From an uncultured Candidatus Rokubacteria bacterium (lineage in GTDB: Bacteria; Methylomirabilota; Methylomirabilia; Rokubacteriales; DASRDR01), in contig CAWGVS010000002.1 in the NCBI GenBank assembly GCA_963826115.1, positions 160,001 to 224,000 on the forward strand: 64,000 nucleotides of DNA, read 5' to 3'. A model generated the notes under the pieces. It was given only the letters and a program-made list of their open reading frames with translations. It ran no database searches and was not told where the DNA came from. Numbering within the stretch: the first letter of the stretch is position 1; each line of letters opens with the position of its first letter. A program made the translations under genes and the position numbers. This document shows positions 40,753 through 49,741 of this stretch, piece by piece.

Positions 40753-40827
40753 CGCAGTCGGCCCGTCCTTTTCGATCGAAGGGGGGTCACGGTCTCGTTC
40801 CGCACCGGGGCCGACGCCCCGGCGTCC

Positions 40828-40871
40828 GGCGCGCGCTCCCGGCGGCCCATCCGGCCCCGGGAGCGCACGCC
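40828..40871 (-). terminator. Intercistronic stem-loop
   Basis: 15-bp stem on the mRNA strand (one G-U pair), 11 nt after the stop at 40882. Confidence 0.45.
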
Positions 40872-40881
40872 TGCCGGAGTC

Positions 40882-41580
40882 CTACTTTTTCAACTCGAAG
40901 GCGACCTTCGTGTCCTGCCCGGCCTTGACCTCGACTTCCTTGGTCTGCTTGCCGAGCACCGGGTGGATCACCTCCACCTTGTGCTTCCCGGGCGGCACGT
41001 TCTCCAGCTTGAAGGCGCCGTTGGCGTCGGTGACGGCCGTCGGACTCTCGGTCACGAAGATCCAGCCGTGCATCCAGCTGTGGGCGTCACACTGGACCTT
41101 CACGAGCTCGGGCTTGTCCAGCTTCTCCACCATCTCCTTCTTGAATTTCGGCTGCGCCTTGTTGATCGGCGGGTTGGCCGTCGAGAAGGTGTGGATGTTG
41201 TGGAGGACGCCGTCCGAATTGAGGATCTTGACCTCGCCCGGCGCCATCACGAGGACCTCGGGGTGGAACTCGCACCCCTTCTGGTCGAGGACCGCCGGCT
41301 TGGAGGGCTTGGCGCCCTTGGCGCTGGGGACCGACACCAGCGTGTCGGCCAGGCCGCCCCCGGCGCCCACCGCGACCTCGGCGATCTTCTTCTCCTGGCC
41401 GCAGACCTCGTTGTCCTTGTTGACCTTGATCACCTTGGGCGCGGGCGCGGCACCGGCGAACTTCACCTCGCCGCTGATGGACCCACCGCCCTGGGCGCCC
41501 GCCGGCCAGCCGGCCACCAGGACGACTCCCGCCGCGGTTGCCACGACGGCCAGCATGCTCACCACGATCGACTGCTTCAT
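40882..41580 (-). CDS. Exported carboxypeptidase-regulatory-like/cupredoxin-like protein (paralog of 32941..33705)
   Basis: AGGAGG RBS; signal peptide; LHNIH, CDAHSWM, AVTDANGAFKLENVPPG. Confidence 0.78.
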   Translation of the reverse strand: MKQSIVVSMLAVVATAAGVVLVAGWPAGAQGGGSISGEVKFAGAAPAPKVIKVNKDNEVCGQEKKIAEVAVGAGGGLADTLVSVPSAKGAKPSKPAVLDQKGCEFHPEVLVMAPGEVKILNSDGVLHNIHTFSTANPPINKAQPKFKKEMVEKLDKPELVKVQCDAHSWMHGWIFVTESPTAVTDANGAFKLENVPPGKHKVEVIHPVLGKQTKEVEVKAGQDTKVAFELKK

Positions 41581-41597
41581 CGAAACCTTCCTCCTTG

Positions 41598-43883
41598 TCA
41601 TCGAGTCTCGCGCGACGCGGCGTCTTGCCGCCCGCGGGCCCACCGGGCGAGCCCGAGGCCGGCGGCGCCCGACGCCAGCGCCAGGATCGGCGGTACGACG
41701 AACTGCCGCTTCGAGGGCGGCGGCTCGAGCCGCGCATAGTACCAGGTGGAGACGGCGGCCTTCGGGCCGTCGTCCCCCTCCGAGCCGTCCCATGCCCAGA
41801 AGGCCACCGGGAAGAACTCCCCGGGGCGGAAGACGAAGTCCTGCGAGTCCGAGGTCTTGAGCGGCCGCCGGATCACCGCCCGGTACTGGCCGGCGTCGTA
41901 GACGACCTGTCCCTTGGCTTGCACGGCTTCCCCCGCCTGGGGCGTCATCTTCCCCGCTCCCGTTGCCGTGGCCTCGCCCACGTCCCCGCCCGCGCGCCAC
42001 GTCAGCAAGTAGACGGGATGGCTGCCGTCTCCCATCAGGAAGTACGGGCGGTCCCCCGTCCCCTGCCCGGTCGGGAACTGGATGGCGACCATGTCCGGCT
42101 TCGGCGCCCCCTTGGTCGGATCGGACGCCGTCGGGTCGTCCCAGGTCAGGTGAAACACCGCCTCGCGCTCAGTGTACACCGCCCGCACCGTGACGATGTC
42201 GACGGTGGGGTTGAAGTTTCGCGGGTCGACGATGACCTGGCCGACCATGGGGATCGGCCCGCCCGGGCGGCGGGTCCAGAACTCGGCGTTCGGGTCGCTC
42301 GGCACCTCGCCCGCGACCGGTAGAATCGTCAGCAGCGCCGCCAAGTTGAGGCGCTCCGGCCCCAGGGACCGCACGTAGTTCGCGAGGTCCCAGAGGCTCG
42401 CGTCCTTGACGTCGGCGTCCTTCTCGTCCGACTTTCGGTAGTCCTCGACCGAGTCGGCGATGGCCGGCATCGGCGTCCCGGCGACGCCGGTCAGGAGCCG
42501 CATGACCACGTCCTTCCGCTCCGAGCCCCCCCGGAAGTTCCACGGGCTGTGGAGGTTGGCAGGCCGGATCGGGTGGCCCCAGTCGTCCTTCAAGTCGGAT
42601 CCCGGCGCGGGATCCCCGCGACCCGCCTGGCCGTGGCACTTGACGCACTCGAAGGCGTCGAACATCTTCTTGCCCCGGCGCAGCGACGCCTCCGACGAGG
42701 CAACCTCCTTGGGCACGGCGACGGCCTCGAGCTTCGCCCCCTTGTAGCCGTCCGCGAAGGTCTTGATGTAGGCCACGACCGCCGAGCGCTCCTTCTCGGG
42801 GAGCGACCGCCAGGCGGGCATCGACGTCCCGGGCATGCCGTCGGTCACGATCCGGAGCAGATCCTGGTCCGAGGCCAGGGGGCCCCCCACGCTGCGGATC
42901 TTGTACTTCCCGGCGGTGAAGTCGCGCGGCCGCGGGACGAGCAGCTCGGCCGCGGGCCCGTCGCCCTTGCCGGTCGCGCCGTGGCAGCCCACGCAGCGCT
43001 TCTCGTAGACCTGCTTGCCGAGTGCGACGTCGCCCGACTGGGCGGCCGCGGACCGCGGCGCGAGAAGCTCGGCGCCGCCGGCGAGGAGGCCCGTCGTCGG
43101 CCCCGGCTCGACCGGCCGGGCCGCGTGCGACTCCATCACCCGCGGCGGATGGCCCGTCGTCTCGTAGAGGTAGTAGATCACCTGCCAGATCTGCTCGTCG
43201 GTCAGCCGGTCTTCCCAGGCCGGCATCGCCGAGTTCCAGGGCGTCGACTCCTTCGGCAGGCCCGGGCCGCCCTTCGCGATGCGCCAGAACACGTAGCCCT
43301 CGGAGAGCTGGGCGATCGTGTTCGGGCCGGCGAAGTCCGCCGGCTGCGGGTTGAAGCCGTGGGCGAAGTGCCCCCGGCCGTCCAGCAGGTCGCCATGGCA
43401 GTACATGCAGTTCCGGATGTAGGTCGCGGCGCCCGCCGCGAGGTGCTTCTCGCGGTTCCCGGGGTTCGCCTTGATGTCCTTCCGGATCGGCGTGTCGGCG
43501 TGCTGGAGGTTGATCTCCTTCCCCCGGAAGCTGATGGAGTCGGGGGGCGCCGGGTGGACCGCGCGGAGCTCGAGCGGCGCCTCGGCGCGGGCCGCCGCCT
43601 GCGAATACGCGTAGTAGCCGATCAGGAGGGGGATCACCACGCCGAGGACGAGCCGCAGTGGCCGCCGGCGGGGCTCGGTGAGCATCGCCCAGATCGGCGC
43701 CACGAAGGCGCGCCACGAGTCGGAGTCCGACGAGACGTACACCAGGACGGCCATGACCGTGATGGCCATGTACATCGAGAACACGCTGAACGGCATGGGC
43801 GGCCGGATCCCGTACCGGAACAGGAGGGCGGCCGCGACCACGACCAGGGCGGCCTGGAGGAACTTCCCGCGCGGGGTCGGCAT
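41598..43883 (-). CDS. Membrane-anchored triheme cytochrome c fused to an EbdC-like heme b domain
   Basis: CMYCH, CVGCH, CVKCH with distal Met motifs (SAMP, TSMP, TPMP); C-domain LTWDD, PVAFWAWDG, KAAVSTW; N- and C-terminal TMs. Confidence 0.85.
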   Translation of the reverse strand: MPTPRGKFLQAALVVVAAALLFRYGIRPPMPFSVFSMYMAITVMAVLVYVSSDSDSWRAFVAPIWAMLTEPRRRPLRLVLGVVIPLLIGYYAYSQAAARAEAPLELRAVHPAPPDSISFRGKEINLQHADTPIRKDIKANPGNREKHLAAGAATYIRNCMYCHGDLLDGRGHFAHGFNPQPADFAGPNTIAQLSEGYVFWRIAKGGPGLPKESTPWNSAMPAWEDRLTDEQIWQVIYYLYETTGHPPRVMESHAARPVEPGPTTGLLAGGAELLAPRSAAAQSGDVALGKQVYEKRCVGCHGATGKGDGPAAELLVPRPRDFTAGKYKIRSVGGPLASDQDLLRIVTDGMPGTSMPAWRSLPEKERSAVVAYIKTFADGYKGAKLEAVAVPKEVASSEASLRRGKKMFDAFECVKCHGQAGRGDPAPGSDLKDDWGHPIRPANLHSPWNFRGGSERKDVVMRLLTGVAGTPMPAIADSVEDYRKSDEKDADVKDASLWDLANYVRSLGPERLNLAALLTILPVAGEVPSDPNAEFWTRRPGGPIPMVGQVIVDPRNFNPTVDIVTVRAVYTEREAVFHLTWDDPTASDPTKGAPKPDMVAIQFPTGQGTGDRPYFLMGDGSHPVYLLTWRAGGDVGEATATGAGKMTPQAGEAVQAKGQVVYDAGQYRAVIRRPLKTSDSQDFVFRPGEFFPVAFWAWDGSEGDDGPKAAVSTWYYARLEPPPSKRQFVVPPILALASGAAGLGLARWARGRQDAASRETR

Positions 43884-43887
43884 GGGG

Positions 43888-44724
43888 TTAGGGCTTGGCC
43901 TTGGCGGCGGGCTGGCCGGCGGCGGGAGCCGCGCCGCCCTTGAGCGTCAAGAGGAACGCGACGAGATCGAGGTACTCCCGGGCCGCGAGCTGCTGCCCGA
44001 AGGTCTTCGGCATGACGTTCGGCGGGAACCCGGAGACCGTGCCCTTCGAGGCGGGGTCCAGGATCTTGCCCATGATGTACTCCGGCGTCTGGCTGCCGGC
44101 GATGTTCGAGAGGTCCGGCCCGACCGGGCTCGCCCCGATCGCCCCCGCCTTGTGGCAGGCGATGCACGCGCCCTTGCCCATGAACACCGCCTGGCCCGCC
44201 TTCGGATCGCCCGGCAGCTCGATCGAGGCGGCGGCGCCGGCGGCGGCCGCCGCGATCTGCGGCACGTCGTCGAGCTTGACGTCCACGCTGCCGCCCTGGC
44301 TCTCCAGGAAGGCCACCACGGCCCAGAGCTCGCTCCGGTTCAGGCCGATCGGCGGCTTCGACACGTTCGGCATGATGTTGGGGAAGCCCTCGACCACGTA
44401 GGCGGACGGGGTCAGCAGGGACTCGACCAGGTACGCGGCCGCCCGGGTCCCGGGCTTCCGGGTCGCCGCGCGCCCGCCCACGCCCGCGAGGTCGGGCCCG
44501 CGCCCGGCCCGGCCGATGCCGTGGCAGGTCGTGCACTGGCCCTTCTCGCGGAAGATCCGCTCGCCGGCGGCCACGAGCTGCTCAGGGGTCACGCTGCCGC
44601 CCTCGAGCGAGAGCTCCTCGGGAGGCTTCGACTCGATCTGGGGGATCGAGTTCGCGTACCAGGTGTAGCTGCCCATCACCGCCAGGGCGAACGCGCCCAC
44701 CTTGACCGTCACGGGCAGCGCCAT
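43888..44724 (-). CDS. Membrane-anchored diheme cytochrome c
   Basis: CTTCH..NIMP; CIACH..NVMP. Confidence 0.9.
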   Translation of the reverse strand: MALPVTVKVGAFALAVMGSYTWYANSIPQIESKPPEELSLEGGSVTPEQLVAAGERIFREKGQCTTCHGIGRAGRGPDLAGVGGRAATRKPGTRAAAYLVESLLTPSAYVVEGFPNIMPNVSKPPIGLNRSELWAVVAFLESQGGSVDVKLDDVPQIAAAAAGAAASIELPGDPKAGQAVFMGKGACIACHKAGAIGASPVGPDLSNIAGSQTPEYIMGKILDPASKGTVSGFPPNVMPKTFGQQLAAREYLDLVAFLLTLKGGAAPAAGQPAAKAKP

Positions 44725-44732
44725 GGCGCGGG

Positions 44733-46559
44733 CTACGCCTCCGGGCTCCCGCCGGCGATGGGGGCGGGCGCCGGATGTCCGCCGGGCGCCTTGGCGTCCG
44801 TGAGGGGCCCCTTCTCTCCGAGACCGCCGAGCCAGAAGATGAACATCACCATCAGGAAGAACAGGATGGTGGTGATGGTGATGATGTTCGCCGCGTAGCC
44901 GAGGGCCGGTGTGAGCGCGTCGGGCGACCGGTCCTGCATCACGCCATAGACGTGCCAGTGCTGCCGGATCCCCGACCGCGCGAAGCCCATGAGACCCATC
45001 AGCCAGGTGAAGGTCACGGCCAGCAGGATCAGCACGTACTGGGAGCGCGGCGCGATCGTGCCCCAGCGGATGGTCCCGGTGGATCGGGCCCCCTTGAACA
45101 TCGGGATGTCGATCGCCATCACGATGACGATGCAGAGCAGGACCGACCCCACCTGCAACGGCGAGAAGCGCCGGATCCGGACAATGGCCTCGACGAAGTA
45201 CCCGCCGAGGCCCAGGCCGATCACCGCGGCGCCCGCGAGGGCGAACGTCAGGTACTGGAGCATCATCCCGAAGCGGGCCCACGACACGGTCGGCTCGCGG
45301 TTCGCCCGCCGATACAGGAGGTACGAGAAGAAGGTCGTCAGGATCATGAGGTTCACCGCGGTGTTCTTCGCGGTCATGACCCCGAAGAACCGCAGGAACC
45401 GGTGGTCCGACCCGCCCATGGCGCGGACCTCGCCGAGCGACGCGATGAGGCTTCGCGGGGTGGCCCACACCATGAACCCGAGCGCGATGATCAGGAGGAG
45501 GTACTTGATCCAGGGTCGGAAGCGCTCGGCCCCGGGGATGCGCTCCATCCCGAGCCAGAGGTAGTAGTTCGAGCCCAGGAAGAGCACGCCGATGAGGATG
45601 GCCTGGACGATCCAGAGCCACGACATGAAGCCGCCCATCATCGTGATGCCCATCGTCTGGTTGTAGCCGTAGATCTCGAAGCCGAGCCAGTACCCGGCGA
45701 ACGGGAGCACCATCAGCGCCGAGAGCGCCACGAAGTTCCCGATGTACCCCATCCAGTCGTAGCGCGCCCGCTCCTCGTCCGTCTTGGCGCCCAGGAACCG
45801 GAACGCGGCGTACCCGGCGACGATGGTCCCCCCGAACACGAGGTTGGCGATGAGGCGGTGGATGTTGACCGGCATCCAGGTGAAGTTGTTCACGGCTTGC
45901 CAGAGGGTGCCCGTGAACTTCCCGCTCTCGTCCACGCCGGCCGGCGAGATCATGAAGGTGACCCACGAGTTCGAGACGAACAGGATGGCCGTGCCGAGGA
46001 GGTTCGACAGCACCCCGATCGCCACGTGGAGCCCCTTCCGCGGCCCCGACAGCCAGTGCCAGCCGTAGTACCAGAGGTACACGGTGAACGTCTCGGCGAA
46101 GAACAGGCCCGCGTAGAGCCACATCGTGGGCGCGAAGATGCCGCTCATGAACGTCCAGAACCGCGGGTACAGCGTGATCAGGAGGAACAGGAGCAGGCCG
46201 CCCAGGAGCGCCGTGGTCGAGAACGCCGCGAACGTGAGCTTGACGAACTCGTGGGAGAGCCAGTCGTACCGGCGCCCCTCCTCGCGGTCCATCCCGATCC
46301 GCCAGCCCATGAACTCGATGATCACGGCGAAGATCGGAACGCCCAGGATGAACGCCGCGAAGTTGAGGTGGATCTGCGCGATCACCCAGATGGCAAGCCG
46401 CGAGCCGATGAAGGGGAAGGCCCGGTAGGCGGCGTCCTTCTGCTCCTGGGCCCAGCCGGGCGTCGCCAGGAGCGCGACCGCGGCGGCGGCCAGGACCAGC
46501 GGAAGGACGCGCGCGAGCCGCGACGGTGCGGGCTCGCTCGGGGTCACGGGCGGCCGCAC
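44733..46559 (-). CDS. Cytochrome bd subunit I-like (CydA-like) protein, non-canonical
   Basis: AQIHLNFAAF, FFAET, LH, NIHRLIAN, RSGIRQHWHVYG (GRQPW-like); many TMs; no cydB nearby. Confidence 0.82.
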   Translation of the reverse strand: MRPPVTPSEPAPSRLARVLPLVLAAAAVALLATPGWAQEQKDAAYRAFPFIGSRLAIWVIAQIHLNFAAFILGVPIFAVIIEFMGWRIGMDREEGRRYDWLSHEFVKLTFAAFSTTALLGGLLLFLLITLYPRFWTFMSGIFAPTMWLYAGLFFAETFTVYLWYYGWHWLSGPRKGLHVAIGVLSNLLGTAILFVSNSWVTFMISPAGVDESGKFTGTLWQAVNNFTWMPVNIHRLIANLVFGGTIVAGYAAFRFLGAKTDEERARYDWMGYIGNFVALSALMVLPFAGYWLGFEIYGYNQTMGITMMGGFMSWLWIVQAILIGVLFLGSNYYLWLGMERIPGAERFRPWIKYLLLIIALGFMVWATPRSLIASLGEVRAMGGSDHRFLRFFGVMTAKNTAVNLMILTTFFSYLLYRRANREPTVSWARFGMMLQYLTFALAGAAVIGLGLGGYFVEAIVRIRRFSPLQVGSVLLCIVIVMAIDIPMFKGARSTGTIRWGTIAPRSQYVLILLAVTFTWLMGLMGFARSGIRQHWHVYGVMQDRSPDALTPALGYAANIITITTILFFLMVMFIFWLGGLGEKGPLTDAKAPGGHPAPAPIAGGSPEA

Positions 46560-46626
46560 GGTGGTCGTGCCGAGGCTCCTTCGGGTCGAGGCATTGCGAG
46601 CGCGCCGGCGGGGGGCCCCGGCCCGC

Positions 46627-46686
46627 TTGTTCCAATCGTCACAAGGGCGACGCCTCTTTGTAGGGCAGCGAGGGGTCCCCTGTCAA
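46627..46686 (-). promoter_or_regulatory. Candidate sigma-70 promoter and downstream Rex/CRP-like palindrome
   Basis: TTGACA-N18-TACAAA (46686-46657), then TTGTGACGATTGGAACAA (46644-46627). Confidence 0.45.
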
Positions 46687-47026
46687 GGGCGAGTCGGGCC
46701 GTTTCGCCCGCGCGGCGGCGCGCGCGCGGGACGCCGTGGGCGCGACGCGCACCGCGCATCCGCGGCGTGCCGTCGGCGCGGGGACGCGCGCGCCCCGACA
46801 CGGGTCCCGGCGGCCGAGGAGCGCGCGCGGCACTGCGGGCGGGGCGCGCGCCGCGTGGTCGAGCGATGCGTGAGGAGCGCGATGTCGTCCCGCGCGACCA
46901 CGGCGCGCGGCGCCGGGCCGCGATTGCCCGACGCGGCGCCGCTGTGCTACCGTGAATGGTGCATTTCGCTCGTCTCGTGATGAGCGTCACCCCCGACCGA
47001 CCGGTCATCCTGAGCGGAGGAACTCC

Positions 47027-47356
47027 ATGGCAAGCCAGGCCACGTTGCACCTGACCGAGGCCGCATTCGACCAGACCCTGGCCGAGCACCAGGAAGCGGT
47101 GGTCGTCGACTTCTGGGCCGAGTGGTGTGGCCCGTGCAAGGCGATCGCGCCCACGCTGGACGAGCTCGCGCAGGAGTACGCCGGTCGGGTGACGATCGCC
47201 AAGGTCAACGTCGATGAGCACCCCGGCCTGGCCGCGCGCTTCCAGGTGCGCTCCATCCCCACCCTCCTCTTCTTCAAGGGCGGGCACGTCATCGACCAGG
47301 TCATCGGCGCAGTCCCGAAGGCGCAGATCAAGAAGCGCTTGGACGCGGTCGCCTGA
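47027..47356 (+). CDS. trxA: Thioredoxin
   Basis: DFWAEWCGPCK, SIPTL; GGAGG RBS. Confidence 0.96.
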   Translation: MASQATLHLTEAAFDQTLAEHQEAVVVDFWAEWCGPCKAIAPTLDELAQEYAGRVTIAKVNVDEHPGLAARFQVRSIPTLLFFKGGHVIDQVIGAVPKAQIKKRLDAVA

Positions 47357-47368
47357 GGGAGCCCGCTG

Positions 47369-48412
47369 GTGAGGGCTGGCGAGGACCCTGACCCGTCCGG
47401 GGCCTCCCAAGCAACGCTCGCGGCGCTCGGCGAGCGCGGGCTGATCACCCGCCTCCGCCAGCGGCTGCCCGCGCCCGGCCCCGAGGTCCTGCTCGGGATC
47501 GGGGACGACGCGGCCGCCATCCGCTGGGACGGGTCGACCCTCTTGCTGACCACCGACACCCTGCTCGAGGGCATCCACTTCCGGCGGTCAACCGCCACGC
47601 TCCGGGACATCGGGGCCAAGGCCATCGCGGTCAACGTCTCGGACATCGCGGCGATGGGCGGGGAGCCCCGCTACGCGCTGCTCGCCCTGGCCCTCCCGCC
47701 GAGCCTCCCGGTCGACGAGGTCGACGCCCTCTACGCGGGTGTCCAGGAAATGGCCGGCCGGCATGGCGTGACGGTCGTCGGCGGCGACACGTGCGCCGCG
47801 CTCGAAGGCGTCGTGCTGTCGGTGACCCTGGTCGGGCGCGTGGCGGGCGCGCCCCTCCGGCGGAGCGGCGCGCGCCCGGGTGACGCGATCCTGGTGACCG
47901 GGAGCCTGGGGGCGGCCGCCGCGGGCCTGGCCGTCCTCGAGCGCGGCGATGGCGGGCTGCCGCCGGCGGTGGTGGCGGCGGTCGTCGGTCCGCACCGGGT
48001 GCCGACCCCTCGCGTCGCCGAGAGCGGGGTGATCCGGGCCTCGGGATGGGCGACGGCCATGATCGACCTCTCGGACGGCCTCGCGACCGACCTCGGACAC
48101 ATCGCGGCCGAGAGCCGGGTGGGGGCCCGGGTCGAGCTCGACCTCGTCCCGGTGAGCGACGCGACACGCCGGGTGGCGGAGGTCCAGGGCGTCGATCCCC
48201 TCTGCTGGGCGCTGAGCGGCGGCGAGGACTACGAGCTCCTGTTCACCGCCGAGCCCGGGCGCGCAGCCGAACTGGCGCACCTGGTGACGGCCCGGACCGG
48301 CACCCCGGTCCACCGGATCGGCGAGGTGCGGCCGGCCGCGGAGGGCGTGCGCTTCGTGGACCGGCAGGGGCACGCGCGCCCGGTCGCCCCGGGCTTCGAC
48401 CACTTCGGCTAG
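47369..48412 (+). CDS. thiL: Thiamine-monophosphate kinase
   Basis: GIGDDAA, NVSDIAAMGG, GGDT, MIDLSDGL, GGEDYEL. Confidence 0.95.
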   Translation: MRAGEDPDPSGASQATLAALGERGLITRLRQRLPAPGPEVLLGIGDDAAAIRWDGSTLLLTTDTLLEGIHFRRSTATLRDIGAKAIAVNVSDIAAMGGEPRYALLALALPPSLPVDEVDALYAGVQEMAGRHGVTVVGGDTCAALEGVVLSVTLVGRVAGAPLRRSGARPGDAILVTGSLGAAAAGLAVLERGDGGLPPAVVAAVVGPHRVPTPRVAESGVIRASGWATAMIDLSDGLATDLGHIAAESRVGARVELDLVPVSDATRRVAEVQGVDPLCWALSGGEDYELLFTAEPGRAAELAHLVTARTGTPVHRIGEVRPAAEGVRFVDRQGHARPVAPGFDHFG

Positions 48413-48415
48413 ACG

Positions 48416-49741
48416 ATGGAACGGCTGGTCCTCGACATCATCCTGCTCGCGACGTTCCTCGGCATCTCGGCGCTCCTCGCCGGCGCGGAGGCGGCGTACT
48501 TCTCCCTCTCGCGCCTGGGGACCGCGCACCTCGAGCCCGAGGAGACCCCGGGACACGCCCTCCTCGAACGGGTCCTGCGCGATCCGCGGGACCTCCTGAT
48601 CACGCTCCTGGTCGGCATCACGCTCGTGAACATCGCCGCCGCCGCCGTGGCCGCGCAGGTGGCCACCACGCTCTTCGGCCCGCGCGGCATCGGGGTCGCG
48701 ATCCCGGTGATGGTGTTCCTCATCGTCGTGTTCGGCGAGGTGCTGCCGATGACCATCGCCGTCGGGATGCCGCACCGCTTCGGCCTCCTGGTGGCGCGGC
48801 CGGTGCTGGCCCTCCAGTGGCTGCTCACGCCGGTCCGGCTCCTCCTGGGCGCCTTCACCAGCCTCGTCTCGCAGGCGACGGACGGCGAGGGCGGCGTGGC
48901 CAAGGCCGCGATCACGGAGGCGGAGCTCCGCACGCTGGTCGAGGTCGGCCACCAGGAGGGCGTGGTCCAGCGCAAGGAACGGGAGATGATCCACGGGGTC
49001 TTCGAGCTCGGGGAGACCACCGTGGCCGAGGTCATGGTCCCGCGGACCGACGTGTTCGGCCTCGACGTGGCGACGCCGCCCGACCGGCTGCTGCCGTCGA
49101 TCCGGGCGAACCTCCACCACCGGGTGCCCGTGTACGAGGGGAGCCTCGACCACGTCCTCGGCATCCTCCTCACGACGGAGCTCCTGCCGTACTACGCGGG
49201 GCTGCCGGCCGGCTTCGACCTCCGGGCCCACCTCACGGCACCCTACTTCGTGCCCCAGTCCAAGCGCGCGGACGCGCTCCTGCGGGAGTTCAAGGCCAAG
49301 AAGCTCCGCACGGCCATCGTCGTCGACGAGTACGGGGGCACCGCGGGGCTGGTCACGCTGGAGGACCTCCTGGAGGAGGTCGTCGGCGAGATCCGCGACG
49401 AGTTCGAGGCCGAGGAGCGCCTGGCCCAGCCGGTGGACGACCGCACGTGGCGCGTCGCGGCCAAGATGGCGATCGGCGACTTCAACGCGGTCACCCGGCT
49501 TACCATCTCCGACGAGCACTTCGACACGGTCGGCGGCTGGGTGCTGGATCTCTTCGGCCGTGTGCCCCACCGGGGCGAGAGCCTCGAGGGCGAGGGCATC
49601 CGCGTCACCGTGGAGACCATGCACCGGAACCGCATCCTCCAGGTCCTGGTCCGCCTGCCGGCCGCCCCCACCGCCGGAAGCCCCGCCCCGGAGGCGGGCG
49701 CGGCCCCGAGCGCGCACGCGCACCCGGAGGGTGAGGCGTGA
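48416..49741 (+). CDS. CNNM/CorB-type (DUF21-CBS-CorC) transporter
   Basis: AEAAYFS, FGEVLP, EVMVPR, VVDEYGGTAG, EDLLEEVVGEI. Confidence 0.9.
   Translation: MERLVLDIILLATFLGISALLAGAEAAYFSLSRLGTAHLEPEETPGHALLERVLRDPRDLLITLLVGITLVNIAAAAVAAQVATTLFGPRGIGVAIPVMVFLIVVFGEVLPMTIAVGMPHRFGLLVARPVLALQWLLTPVRLLLGAFTSLVSQATDGEGGVAKAAITEAELRTLVEVGHQEGVVQRKEREMIHGVFELGETTVAEVMVPRTDVFGLDVATPPDRLLPSIRANLHHRVPVYEGSLDHVLGILLTTELLPYYAGLPAGFDLRAHLTAPYFVPQSKRADALLREFKAKKLRTAIVVDEYGGTAGLVTLEDLLEEVVGEIRDEFEAEERLAQPVDDRTWRVAAKMAIGDFNAVTRLTISDEHFDTVGGWVLDLFGRVPHRGESLEGEGIRVTVETMHRNRILQVLVRLPAAPTAGSPAPEAGAAPSAHAHPEGEA

Noticed and set aside
41598-46559. Nitrite oxidation (NXR) inferred from Nitrospira-like components
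   Set aside because: No molybdopterin alpha or Fe-S beta subunit in the window
46627-46644. TGT-N10-ACA as a NifA UAS
   Set aside because: No sigma-54 promoter or nif genes nearby; it lies downstream of a sigma-70-like promoter
46690-46920. Extremely GC-rich intergenic stretch as an ncRNA or repeat array
   Set aside because: Pairing potential is explained by composition; no regular repeat unit or known RNA motif seen
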